Assembly: GCA_963699255.1 (NCBI GenBank)
Contig: OY969425.1
Location: 600,001 to 632,000, forward strand
Direction: 5' to 3'
DNA length: 32,000 nt
Source: an uncultured bacterium
GTDB taxonomy: Bacteria > Margulisbacteria > WOR-1 > CAVSGV01
Shown here: positions 18,414-27,256 of the stretch, in pieces
Position numbering within the stretch: the first letter of the stretch is position 1
Layout of the letters: each line of letters begins with the position of its first letter
Position numbers and translations under genes: made by a program
Notes under the pieces: model-generated
What the model was told of the DNA's origin: nothing
The model's database searches: none
What the model saw: the letters and a program-made list of their open reading frames with translations, nothing else

Positions 18414-21263
18414 TCAGGCCTTGAGGATTTTCTTCAGGAAATTACCCGTAAAAGATCCGGCCGTTTTTGCCACATCTTCCGGCGTTCCCTCAGCAATTAT
18501 ATAGCCTCCAAGGTCTCCGCCTTCGGGGCCCAGATCTATGATATGGTCGGCTACCTTTATGACATCAAGGTTGTGTTCGATCACGATCACGGTATTGCCG
18601 GTATCCACAAGCCTGTTCAAAACGTTCAGGAATTTCTTGATGTCATCAAAGTGAAGCCCCGTGGTCGGCTCGTCCAGAAGATAAAGGGTTTTTCCGGTTG
18701 ACCTCCCGGACAGTTCCGTGGCAAGTTTCACCCTCTGAGCTTCCCCGCCGGAAAGCGTAGTGGCAAATTGACCCAGGTGGATGTAATCAAGCCCGACATC
18801 ATGAAGGGTCTGAAGCTTTTTCTGGATCTGCGGTATATTGCTGAAAATGTCCAGTGCAGAGGAGACCGTCATGTCCAGGACTTCAGCGATGTTCTTACCC
18901 TTATACCTTACCTCAAGCGTATCCCTGTTATAACGCCGTCCTCCGCATTCATCGCAAGGCACATACACGTCCGGAAGAAAATGCATCTCGATCTTCACCA
19001 TGCCGTCGCCGTGACAGGCTTCACAGCGGCCGCCCTTGACGTTAAACGAAAATCTTCCGGGCTGGTATCCCCTTATCAGAGCTTCCTGCGTATGCGAGAA
19101 AATGTCCCTGATGTGATCAAAAACCCCCGTATAAGTCGCCGGGTTCGATCTCGGCGTCCTGCCTATCGGGGATTGATCTATTATCACGACCTTATCTATG
19201 TTCCCCAGGCCGACTATATCCTTGTATTCCCCGGCCTTCTCTACGGCCCTGTAAAATGTTTTCGCCAGGGCCTTATATAAAATATCATTTACAAGTGAAC
19301 TTTTCCCGGAAACCGACACGCCGGTCACGCAAATGAACTTGCCCAGCGGGAATTTAATGTCGATGTTCTTTAAATTATTCTGTCTCGCCCCTTTGACCGT
19401 GAGATATTTGCCGCTCCCTTCCCTGCGGGACTTCGGGACATCTATCTTCAGCTCTCTGGACAGGTATTTTCCGGTTATTGACCTTTTTTCAGATATGATA
19501 TCCTGGACCGTGCCGCTTGCAACAATATGGCCGCCGTTGATTCCCGCACCAGGGCCAATATCTACCAGGTGATCGCAGCTTCTCATGGTCGACTCATCAT
19601 GCTCAACGACGATGACGGTATTGCCGATGTCCCTCAGTTTCTTAAGTGTTTCAATGAGCTGCCCGTTGTCTTTCTGATGCAGCCCGATAGACGGCTCATC
19701 CAGTATGTACAGGACCCCGACAAGGCCCGAGCCGATCTGGGTAGCGAGGCGCGTCCTCTGGGCTTCCCCGCCGGAGAGAGTGGAAGATTCCCGGCCTATC
19801 GTTATGTAGCTTAAGCCAACATCGATAAGGAACTGGAACCTCGATTTCAATTCCTTGATGATCTGCTTCGATATCATTTTCTGGCGTTCGGTAAACTCAA
19901 GAGTGCCCAGAAAGCCGTTGAGCGCGGCGACCGACATGTCTGTCACCTCAGAGATCGACTTTCCCTTTATCTTCACGGCGAGCGATTCCGGCTTCAGCTT
20001 CGTTCCCTTGCACGTTGAACAGGGAACGGAGCTCATGTACCTGTAAAGCGCGAATCTTACATGCTCCGAGGTCGTTTCATAATATCTTCGCTTCAGGTTG
20101 TTAATAACGCCCTCGAATTTCCCTTCATGCTCGTAATAGCTTCTCTCCATGAAGTATTTGTATTGGACCGTTTCCTCTCCCGTTCCGTAAAGAACGACTT
20201 TCATCTGCTTTTTGCTGAATTTTTTAAGAGGGGTGTTCAGATCAAAACCGAACTTTTCTCCAACGGCTTCCAGCTTCTGTAAATAATAAGTGGCGGCGGA
20301 ATTCCACGGAGCAACGGCGCCTTCGGAAAGCGACAGGTTTTTGTCAGGGACCACAAGGTCGGGGTCGAACTCGAGTTTATCGCCGAGGCCCTTGCAATCA
20401 GGGCATGCGCCGTAAGGGCTGTTGAACGAGAATATCCTCGGCGTTATTTCATCCAGGCTTATCCCGCATGTTGAACAGGCGAATTTTTCGCTGAACATCA
20501 AGGTGCCGTACCTGCTCTTGCCTTCAAGCTTATCGACTATCGTCGTGCCGCTCCCGAATTTCAGGGCCGTTTCCACCGATTCCGTTATGCGCTTCCGGTT
20601 CGACGGGTCAGCCGTCAGCCGGTCAACGACTATCTCAATGCTATGCTTCTTCTTCTTGTCCAGGCTTAACCCGCCTTCGGACAGATCGTAGATCCTGCCG
20701 TCGGCCCTGATCTTCGCAAAACCGTTCTTTTTCGCGTCCTCGAATACATACCTGTGCTCGCCTTTTCTTCCTTTTATGACCGGCGACAATATCTGTATCT
20801 TTTCCCCTTTGAGCTTCGCAAGGATGTGGTCGGTTATCTGCTCCGGCGTCTGCCGCTCTATGATCCTGTTGCACTGGGGACAATGAGGGGTGCCGATGGA
20901 GGCGTATAAAAGCCTTAAATAGTCGTATATCTCGGTGACCGTCCCGACAGTTGACCTCGGGTTCCTTGACGGGGATTTCTGGTCGATGGATATGGCGGGA
21001 GAAAGCCCCTCGATAGAATCGACATCGGGTTTTTGCATCTGTTCAAGGAATTGCCTGGCGTAAGCGGAAAGGGATTCAACATATCTGCGCTGGCCTTCCG
21101 CGTAAAGCGTGTCGAACGCGAGAGAAGATTTTCCCGAACCTGACAGTCCAGTGAAAACTATCAGCTTGTTCCTCGGGAGTTCGAGGCTGATGTTCTTCAG
21201 GTTGTGTTCCCTGGCACCTTTGATAACTATTTTCTCATTATTTGGCATAAGATTTAAATCCAA
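18414..21263 (-). CDS. uvrA: Excinuclease ABC subunit A
   Basis: 949 aa; [32 protein letters not shown] x2, [11 protein letters not shown] 21263 start with a GAGGTG SD-like element. Confidence 0.97.
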   Translation of the reverse strand: MDLNLMPNNEKIVIKGAREHNLKNISLELPRNKLIVFTGLSGSGKSSLAFDTLYAEGQRRYVESLSAYARQFLEQMQKPDVDSIEGLSPAISIDQKSPSRNPRSTVGTVTEIYDYLRLLYASIGTPHCPQCNRIIERQTPEQITDHILAKLKGEKIQILSPVIKGRKGEHRYVFEDAKKNGFAKIRADGRIYDLSEGGLSLDKKKKHSIEIVVDRLTADPSNRKRITESVETALKFGSGTTIVDKLEGKSRYGTLMFSEKFACSTCGISLDEITPRIFSFNSPYGACPDCKGLGDKLEFDPDLVVPDKNLSLSEGAVAPWNSAATYYLQKLEAVGEKFGFDLNTPLKKFSKKQMKVVLYGTGEETVQYKYFMERSYYEHEGKFEGVINNLKRRYYETTSEHVRFALYRYMSSVPCSTCKGTKLKPESLAVKIKGKSISEVTDMSVAALNGFLGTLEFTERQKMISKQIIKELKSRFQFLIDVGLSYITIGRESSTLSGGEAQRTRLATQIGSGLVGVLYILDEPSIGLHQKDNGQLIETLKKLRDIGNTVIVVEHDESTMRSCDHLVDIGPGAGINGGHIVASGTVQDIISEKRSITGKYLSRELKIDVPKSRREGSGKYLTVKGARQNNLKNIDIKFPLGKFICVTGVSVSGKSSLVNDILYKALAKTFYRAVEKAGEYKDIVGLGNIDKVVIIDQSPIGRTPRSNPATYTGVFDHIRDIFSHTQEALIRGYQPGRFSFNVKGGRCEACHGDGMVKIEMHFLPDVYVPCDECGGRRYNRDTLEVRYKGKNIAEVLDMTVSSALDIFSNIPQIQKKLQTLHDVGLDYIHLGQFATTLSGGEAQRVKLATELSGRSTGKTLYLLDEPTTGLHFDDIKKFLNVLNRLVDTGNTVIVIEHNLDVIKVADHIIDLGPEGGDLGGYIIAEGTPEDVAKTAGSFTGNFLKKILKA

Positions 21264-21277
21264 TCCACCTCACCCTG

Positions 21278-21349
21278 AAACCCCTTCTGTCTCTCGCTTG
21301 CGCTCGAGACATCTCCCCCTTAGTAAGGGGGAGACACAGAGGGGGGTTT
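21278..21349. repeat. Palindromic intergenic repeat, family A copy 2
   Basis: AAACCCCTTCTGTCTCTCGCTTGCGCTCGAGACATCTCCCCCTTAGTAAGGGGGAGACACAGAGGGGGGTTT; fills the PHP-uvrA gap. Confidence 0.85.
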
Positions 21350-21350
21350 G

Positions 21351-22079
21351 CTATTTTTTCCGCAGAAGATATTTATCTATCAGCTCCATTGAAGTGTTGA
21401 TTATGTCGTCCTTCGTAAGCCCCGCGTCAACGGCCATTTTCAACACCGTATCAAGGTCCCCGACCATTGTAGAAATGTGAGAGTCTGATCCGAGCGTCAC
21501 TTTCCATCCGATCTTCTTAACGAACCTAGCTATGGCAAAACACCGGTCGAAACTCCCTTTCCTGCTGATGGTAAGAGAGCTGTTGTTCAATTCGATCAAA
21601 ACGCCTTTTTCCTTGGCTGCCGTTATCACTTTTTTGTAATCTATCGGATACATCGGGTTCCCCGGATGAGCAATGACCCTGACATACTGATTTCCCATCG
21701 CCTTAAGCAAAACCCTTGTGTTCTCTTCTTCCCCTTTCGGTTCATATCCGCACATAGGATGCATAGCGATCGACACGAAATCGAGCGTTCGCAGATATTC
21801 ATCCGCAAGGTCCAGACGCCCTTCAGAATCAATGATGTTTATCTCTCCGCCCCTTAAGATCCTGACGCCGTTAAGGTAATCGGGTATCATCCTCTGATTT
21901 GAAAAATGATACGGTGACGCGCCTCCCGGCATCGCAGGCCCGTGGTCGGTAAAGGCGATCGCTTTCAGTTTCTTCTTTTTCGCGGCAGCGGCATATTCCT
22001 CAACGGTGGAATAAGCGTGCCCGGAGGCAACGGTATGGATATGAAAATCAGCTATCAGCTTTATTTTTTTATCGTTCAC
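21351..22079 (-). CDS. PHP domain-containing phosphatase/phosphoesterase (YcdX-like)
   Basis: ADFHIHTVASGHAYSTVEEY, FTDHGPAMPG, MHPMCG, SDSHISTMVG. Confidence 0.88.
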   Translation of the reverse strand: MNDKKIKLIADFHIHTVASGHAYSTVEEYAAAAKKKKLKAIAFTDHGPAMPGGASPYHFSNQRMIPDYLNGVRILRGGEINIIDSEGRLDLADEYLRTLDFVSIAMHPMCGYEPKGEEENTRVLLKAMGNQYVRVIAHPGNPMYPIDYKKVITAAKEKGVLIELNNSSLTISRKGSFDRCFAIARFVKKIGWKVTLGSDSHISTMVGDLDTVLKMAVDAGLTKDDIINTSMELIDKYLLRKK

Positions 22080-22825
22080 TTTTCATCCGCGGACATTATT
22101 TCATCGGGAATATCGAAATTGGCGTGAACGCTTTGAACGTCGTCATTTTCTTCGAGCGTATCAATGAACTTGAGTATCTTCTGGGCATCTTCGCCTTCAA
22201 GCCTGACTGTGTTTATTGGGACCATTGTTATTTCAGCGGAAGCCGGCTCATATTTCTTGGCGGCCAGCGCGTTCTTTATCTGTTCGAATTTATCCGGAGT
22301 TGTCACAAGAGTGATCACGCTTTCTTCGGTCGTGATATCCTCCGCGCCGGCGTCGATCGCGTCCGCCATCAAAGCGTCTTCGTTGACCCGGGATTTCTCG
22401 AAATGGAGCACTCCCTTTTTCTTGAACATCCAGGCGACGCTTCCGCTGTCGCCCAGGTTGCCGCCGTTCCTGGAAAAAATATACCTTATCTCGTTGAGCG
22501 TCCTCATTTTATTATCAGTGATGCAATCGATCATAATCGCGACCCCGGACGGCCCATATCCCTCATAGGTCACTTCTTCAAGGATCGTGCCTTCCCCGCC
22601 GCCGGTCGCTTTCTCGATGGCCCTCTTTATATTGTCAGCGGGCATATTCCCTGCCCTGGCTTTTTCTATGGCGAGCCTTAGCCGCGGATTCCCGCCCGGA
22701 TCTCCGCCTCCTATCCTGGCGGCAGCCGCTATTTCCCTTATGACCTTTGTGAACATTTTCCCTCTGGCCGCGTCCGTCTTGGCTTTTGACCTCTTTATAG
22801 TCGCCCATTTTGAATGACCTGACAT
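22076..22825 (-). CDS. yebC: YebC/PmpR family transcriptional/translational regulator
   Basis: MSGHSKWATIKRSKAKTDAARGKMFTKVIREI; SD AGGAGG. Confidence 0.96.
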   Translation of the reverse strand: MSGHSKWATIKRSKAKTDAARGKMFTKVIREIAAAARIGGGDPGGNPRLRLAIEKARAGNMPADNIKRAIEKATGGGEGTILEEVTYEGYGPSGVAIMIDCITDNKMRTLNEIRYIFSRNGGNLGDSGSVAWMFKKKGVLHFEKSRVNEDALMADAIDAGAEDITTEESVITLVTTPDKFEQIKNALAAKKYEPASAEITMVPINTVRLEGEDAQKILKFIDTLEENDDVQSVHANFDIPDEIMSADEK

Positions 22826-22838
22826 AAAATACCTCCTG

Positions 22839-22928
22839 CCTCACCCCCGGTTTGATCCCTGTCATTATCTACTAATTCTGGTCGCGCAACTCCCCTCTCC
22901 ACCCGTGGAGAGGGGTGAAGGGGTGAGG
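22839..22928. repeat. Intergenic palindromic repeat with strong hairpin
   Basis: CCCCTCTCCAC-CC-GTGGAGAGGGG (22892-22915); outer CCTCACCCC (22839-22847) / GGGGTGAGG (22920-22928). Confidence 0.65.
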
Positions 22929-22969
22929 TGCTCCGTAGAGCAGGGTATTTTATCACGGATCGGGGTTCT

Positions 22970-22997
22970 TTGACAATAGATAGAGCCGTGATATAAT
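22970..22997 (+). promoter_or_regulatory. Perfect-consensus sigma70-type promoter TTGACA-N16-TATAAT, 9 nt before the start codon
   Basis: TTGACA 22970-22975, TATAAT 22992-22997, ATG 23007. Confidence 0.85.
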
Positions 22998-23006
22998 TCG
23001 CTCACC

Positions 23007-23600
23007 ATGATGCAAAAAATAAGCACAACGTTCATCCGCGGGCTTATAATACTTCTGCCGCTCCTAATAACCGTATGGATCCTTTTCTTCTTTTACAATT
23101 TTCTTGACGGGATATTCGGGAATATCATTTCCATCTTCCTGGGGCATCACTACCCCGGTCTTGGGTTCGTGCTGATAATAGCTCTCATACTTTTTGTCGG
23201 CATCATCTCTCCGATGATAATCGGCAAGAGGCTGATAACGTTCGGCGATGAGATCATGACAAAGGTCCCCGTGGTCAAAAGCATCTATTCCTCGGTAAAG
23301 CAGGTGAACGATGTCCTGTTCATGAAAAGAGAGACGCAGGGCTTTAACCGCGCGTGCCTTGTTGAGTATCCGAGGCACGGGATATGGTCCATTGGCTTTG
23401 TGACGTCTGACGCCGCAAGCGAGATCGAAAAGAAAGCGGGCGGCCATAAAATGATCAATGTTTTCATAGCGAACACCCCAACTCCGGCGACAGGATTTTT
23501 GATAGTGGTGCCGTCAGGTGATGTTAAGCTGCTTGACATGAAGATCGAAGACGCCTTCAAATACGTGATCTCGGGCGGAGTGCTGAAGCCAAAAGGCTAA
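23007..23600 (+). CDS. DUF502 domain-containing membrane protein
   Basis: 197 aa; RGLIILLPLLITVWILFFFYNFLDG, IPVVKSIYSSVKQV-like segment, NTPTPATGFLIVVP. Confidence 0.9.
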   Translation: MMQKISTTFIRGLIILLPLLITVWILFFFYNFLDGIFGNIISIFLGHHYPGLGFVLIIALILFVGIISPMIIGKRLITFGDEIMTKVPVVKSIYSSVKQVNDVLFMKRETQGFNRACLVEYPRHGIWSIGFVTSDAASEIEKKAGGHKMINVFIANTPTPATGFLIVVPSGDVKLLDMKIEDAFKYVISGGVLKPKG

Positions 23601-23607
23601 GAAAAAG

Positions 23608-23742
23608 CAAATCCTAAATTCTAATATCTAAATTCTAAATAAATTCAAAATACTAATTCTCTAAATTTTAAACTGTTTGGGATATTTGAATTTGGATTAT
23701 TCGGATTTATTTAGGATTTAGTGCTTAGGATTTAGAATTTAA
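23608..23742. repeat. AT-rich imperfect intergenic inverted repeat
   Basis: aaatcctaaattctaatatctaaattctaaataaattc ... gatatttgaatttggattattcggatttatttaggatttagtgcttaggatttagaattta. Confidence 0.55.
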
Positions 23743-24790
23743 TTGGTATGCTTTCTCCGCAAAAGTCGCATTTATTTTCATGGATCCCTTTTATCTCCGT
23801 TTCGTATCCAACCCTTTCGATAAGCAGGTGTTTGCATTTGGGGCAGTAAGTATTCTCTCCGGTATTCCCCGGGACATTCCCTATATACACATATTTCAAT
23901 CCGGCATCGAACCCGATCTGCCTTGCTTTCTCCAGCGTCTCGACAGATGTCTCGTGAAGGTCTCTTAGCTCAAGATAAGGCATGAACTTCGTGACATGCC
24001 ACGGGGTATTTTCGCCCAGGTCGTTCTTTATCCAGGCGGCGATATCGCGGAGCTGTTTTTCATCATCGTTCCACCCCGGGATGACAAGGGTTATTATCTC
24101 CACGTGCATGTTCCACTTTTCTTTTGCCCGTTTCGCCGCATCAAGGATCGTTTCAAAGTTGCTGACCTTCGCGAGCTTCTGGTAGAACTCTTTCGTAAAA
24201 CCTTTGACGTCCACCCTGAAAGCGTCAAGATACGGCCCGATCGTATCCAGGGCTTCGGGCGTTATATACCCGTTGGATACATATACGGTGTACAGGCCGT
24301 TCTCTTTGGCGAGTTTTGCGCAGTCATAAGTATATTCGAACCAGATGGTCGGCTCATTATACGTCCAGGCGATGCCTTCAGCTCCAGCTTCCAGGGCCAT
24401 TTCAACGGCGCGCTCCGGAGATATCATCTCGTATCTATCCTCGGCCAGGATATTGTAGACCTTTTCATCATGCAGTCCTTCAACGAGGACCACGTGGGCT
24501 ATCTCCCAGTTCTGGCAGTGGATGCATCTCATGTTGCAGCCGATGGTCCCCATTGACAGACACTTTGAACCGGGATGGAAATGGAACAGAGGCTTCTTTT
24601 CTATCGGATCAAGGTTTATGGATGACGTTTTGCCGTAGATAAGAGTGTATAAGGTCCCGTCCTCGTTCTTTCTGACGCCGCAGTATCCGGACTTGTCGGG
24701 CATGATCGTGCACCTTCTGGGACAGAGCCCGCATTGGACTTTATTCCCGTCCAGTTTTTCATAGAACATCGCTTCATGTTTCGCGTCCAT
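23732..24790 (-). CDS. amrS: AmmeMemoRadiSam system radical SAM enzyme
   Basis: 352 aa; CGLCPRRC, SGYCGVRKNEDG, GCNMRCIHCQNWEI, AWTYNEPTIWFEY, C-terminal CPKC/CDFC. Confidence 0.92.
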   Translation of the reverse strand: MDAKHEAMFYEKLDGNKVQCGLCPRRCTIMPDKSGYCGVRKNEDGTLYTLIYGKTSSINLDPIEKKPLFHFHPGSKCLSMGTIGCNMRCIHCQNWEIAHVVLVEGLHDEKVYNILAEDRYEMISPERAVEMALEAGAEGIAWTYNEPTIWFEYTYDCAKLAKENGLYTVYVSNGYITPEALDTIGPYLDAFRVDVKGFTKEFYQKLAKVSNFETILDAAKRAKEKWNMHVEIITLVIPGWNDDEKQLRDIAAWIKNDLGENTPWHVTKFMPYLELRDLHETSVETLEKARQIGFDAGLKYVYIGNVPGNTGENTYCPKCKHLLIERVGYETEIKGIHENKCDFCGESIPIKF

Positions 24791-24847
24791 AGGATCATGA
24801 TTGTATCATAAATTTAGATGTGAAATAAAATTTATTCGCGCCGTCCG

Positions 24848-26304
24848 CTATCCCTTCACTACTCCCAGAGGCTTCATCCTGGCCACTTTCCTTGCAAGCC
24901 CGGCCTGATCCACTATGTTCACGACTTCCTTTACATCCTTATAAGCCTCCGGCGCTTCCTCGACCAGCCCTTTTTGGGACGCGGCCCTTACAATGACCCC
25001 GGCTTTCGCAAGTTCATCCAGCAGGCCTGAAACCGATATCTTTCTTGCCGCGGCGGCCCGTGAAAGCATTCTTCCCGCGCCGTGGCAAACGGAGCCCCAG
25101 GTTTCCTGCATCGAGCGCTGGGTACCGACAAGGACATATGAGTATCTGCCCATGTCGCCGGGTATCAGAACAGGCTGACCGACTTCCCTGTAATCCTCCG
25201 GGATCTCGGGCCGTCCCGCAGGAAAAGATCTCGTCGCGCCTTTCCTGTGAACGCAAAGCACTTTTTCTTCGCCGTTGACGCTGTGTTTTTCTTTTTTTGC
25301 GATATTATGCGCAACATCGTATATGAGTCGGATGCCGAGCTTTTCGGGCCGGCGCCAAGGACTTTTGAAAAAGAATCCCTTGTCCAGTGCATCAGAAGCT
25401 GGCGGTTGCACCAGGCATAGTTGGCCGCTCCGGCCATGGCGGCATAGTAATCAAGCCCCTCAGGAGAGTTTATTGGAGCGCAGCACAGCTGCCTGTCCGG
25501 GACCGAAATGTTATATTTTTGCAGCGCTGTCTGCATCACGCGAATATAATCCGTGCACACCTGATGTCCGAGTCCCCTTGAACCCGAATGTATCATGATC
25601 GTTATCTGCCCCTTGAACAGGCCAAAAGCATCCGCTGCTTTTTCGTCGTATATTTCCTCAACGCTTTGGACCTCGAGAAAGTGATTCCCGCTACCAAGAG
25701 TACCCAGCTGATCAGCGCCTCTCTCCTTCGCATGAGAGCTGACCTTTGCGGGATCCGCGCCTTCTATAGATCCGTTCTCTTCCGTATGGGCCACATCATC
25801 CTGAGTGCCATATCCGTTCCTTACCGCCCATTTCGAGCCTTCCACCAGCACTTGGTCCAACTGCTTTGATGAAAGTGAGGTCAGACCCTTCGAACCTACG
25901 CCGGAAGGCACTTCGGAAGCCAATATATCTGTGATCCTCTCGATCCTGTCCTTGACCTCATCATAGGTAATATCTGTGCGGAGCACCCTGCACCCGCAAT
26001 TGATATCGTAGCCGACACCTCCGGGTGAGATCACCCCTCCATCTTCAGGGTCAAAAGCGGCAACGCCTCCAATAGCAAAGCCATAGCCAAGGTGGATATC
26101 AGGCATTGCGAGGGAATTCCCGACAATCCCGGGTAGGCAGGCGACATTCGCGACCTGGATGTGGGCATTATCGGCAACAATATGCTCGATCATCTGCTCA
26201 TCGGCATATATAAGACCGTCAACTCTCATCCCTTCCTTAAAGGTTCTGGGGAGCTTGAACCGCCATTCATCTAACTTTTGAAGTATCGATCGCCAGTTTG
26301 ACAT
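24848..26304 (-). pseudogene. rtcB: RNA-splicing ligase RtcB, interrupted by a 1-nt frameshift near 25352-25358
   Basis: ORF 25165..26304 gives the N-terminal two thirds to WTRDSFSKVLG; ORF 24848..25411 continues in the -1 frame as RRPEKLGIRLIYDVAHNIAKKE..HRKGATRSFPAGRPEIP. Confidence 0.85.
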
Positions 26305-26366
26305 GATCGCCTTTTTTATTGATAAATAAGTAAAAATTAACGGTTAGGTGACGAATCTATGCGACG

Positions 26367-26394
26367 ATAATCCTTAAATCAAAGATAATGTCAA
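26367..26394 (-). promoter_or_regulatory. Putative rtcB promoter TTGACA-N16-GATTAT
   Basis: Minus strand TTGACA (26394..26389), spacer 16, GATTAT (26372..26367). Confidence 0.4.
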
Positions 26395-26424
26395 TCATCA
26401 CCTTTAATCATCACCCTTCGATTT

Positions 26425-27096
26425 TCACTTAAATACCTTTAAAAACTCTGTGGATATCGCCTCTGAAAGTACTTTTTGGTCGATTTCAATGCCGAGTATA
26501 TCATATATTGACTTGAAATCGATGCAGTTCCTTATGAAATCGGCAGGTTTCAGGCCGGAATTCCTTATAAATATAGAGCCCTGCTGCAGCAGGGCCTTTT
26601 TGCCCCTTTTCTGGGCGCTCCCGACGATCTTAGTGCCTTCCAAGGTGATCTCGTAACTGGCAGGAAAACTGAAACACAGGCGCGCCTGCTCATTATGCCT
26701 GGTATCCGATATATCGGCGGATACACCGACCCTTTTAAGAGCCACGATCACTATGTTCGATATGAATACGTATGATTCGACAAGCCCTTCCGGCAATCTT
26801 GGATCATCCTTGTCGCAGATGAAGCTGTAAGTTACCTCATGTTCATTGTGGAAAACTATCCCCCCGCCCGTCGGGCGCTTGACTATTTCGATGCCGTATT
26901 TTTCGCAATTCGCCCTGTTGAGCTCTTTATCGGGATCCTGGGAATAGCCGAGCGATATGCACGGCTTCTCCCAGCCGTACAGCCTTAAAGTTGATGGGCT
27001 CAAACCCTGTTCAAATTGATCGAACAGTATACTGTCGTAATCCATGTTGTATTTGCCGGAATATCTTCTGAAAGGAATAATGTTTAGTGTTGTCAT
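26425..27096 (-). CDS. Lipoate--protein ligase A / biotin-lipoate ligase family protein
   Basis: 223 aa; KRPTGGGIVFHNEHEVTYSF, GSAQKRGKKALLQQGSIFI. Confidence 0.88.
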   Translation of the reverse strand: MTTLNIIPFRRYSGKYNMDYDSILFDQFEQGLSPSTLRLYGWEKPCISLGYSQDPDKELNRANCEKYGIEIVKRPTGGGIVFHNEHEVTYSFICDKDDPRLPEGLVESYVFISNIVIVALKRVGVSADISDTRHNEQARLCFSFPASYEITLEGTKIVGSAQKRGKKALLQQGSIFIRNSGLKPADFIRNCIDFKSIYDILGIEIDQKVLSEAISTEFLKVFK

Positions 27097-27130
27097 ATTA
27101 TATAGTGCTCGAAGCTAAATTCCTTCTATA

Positions 27131-27253
27131 CCAATAAACAAATTACAAATCACAATTTACAAACAATTAACAATACACAAAATACAAACAACTTGTTGGC
27201 TTATTGGAATTTGTATATTGTTTGTGATTTGTTCATTGTATATTGTAATTTAT
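27131..27253. repeat. AT-rich imperfect intergenic inverted repeat
   Basis: ccaataaacaaattacaaatcacaatttacaaacaattaac ... ttattggaatttgtatattgtttgtgatttgttcattgtatattgtaattta. Confidence 0.55.
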
Positions 27254-27256
27254 GAG

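Noticed and set aside
25339-25395. Programmed -1 frameshifting in rtcB at GAT TCT TTT TCA AAA GTC
   Set aside because: The T/A run is not in the X XXY YYZ register, and homology places the shift about 10 nt later at GGCGCC; a simple indel is more likely.
27094-27102. TATAAT immediately before the lipoate ligase ATG as another leaderless promoter
   Set aside because: The -10-like box abuts the ATG (TATAATATG), so the TSS would lie inside the gene; no good downstream start was identified.
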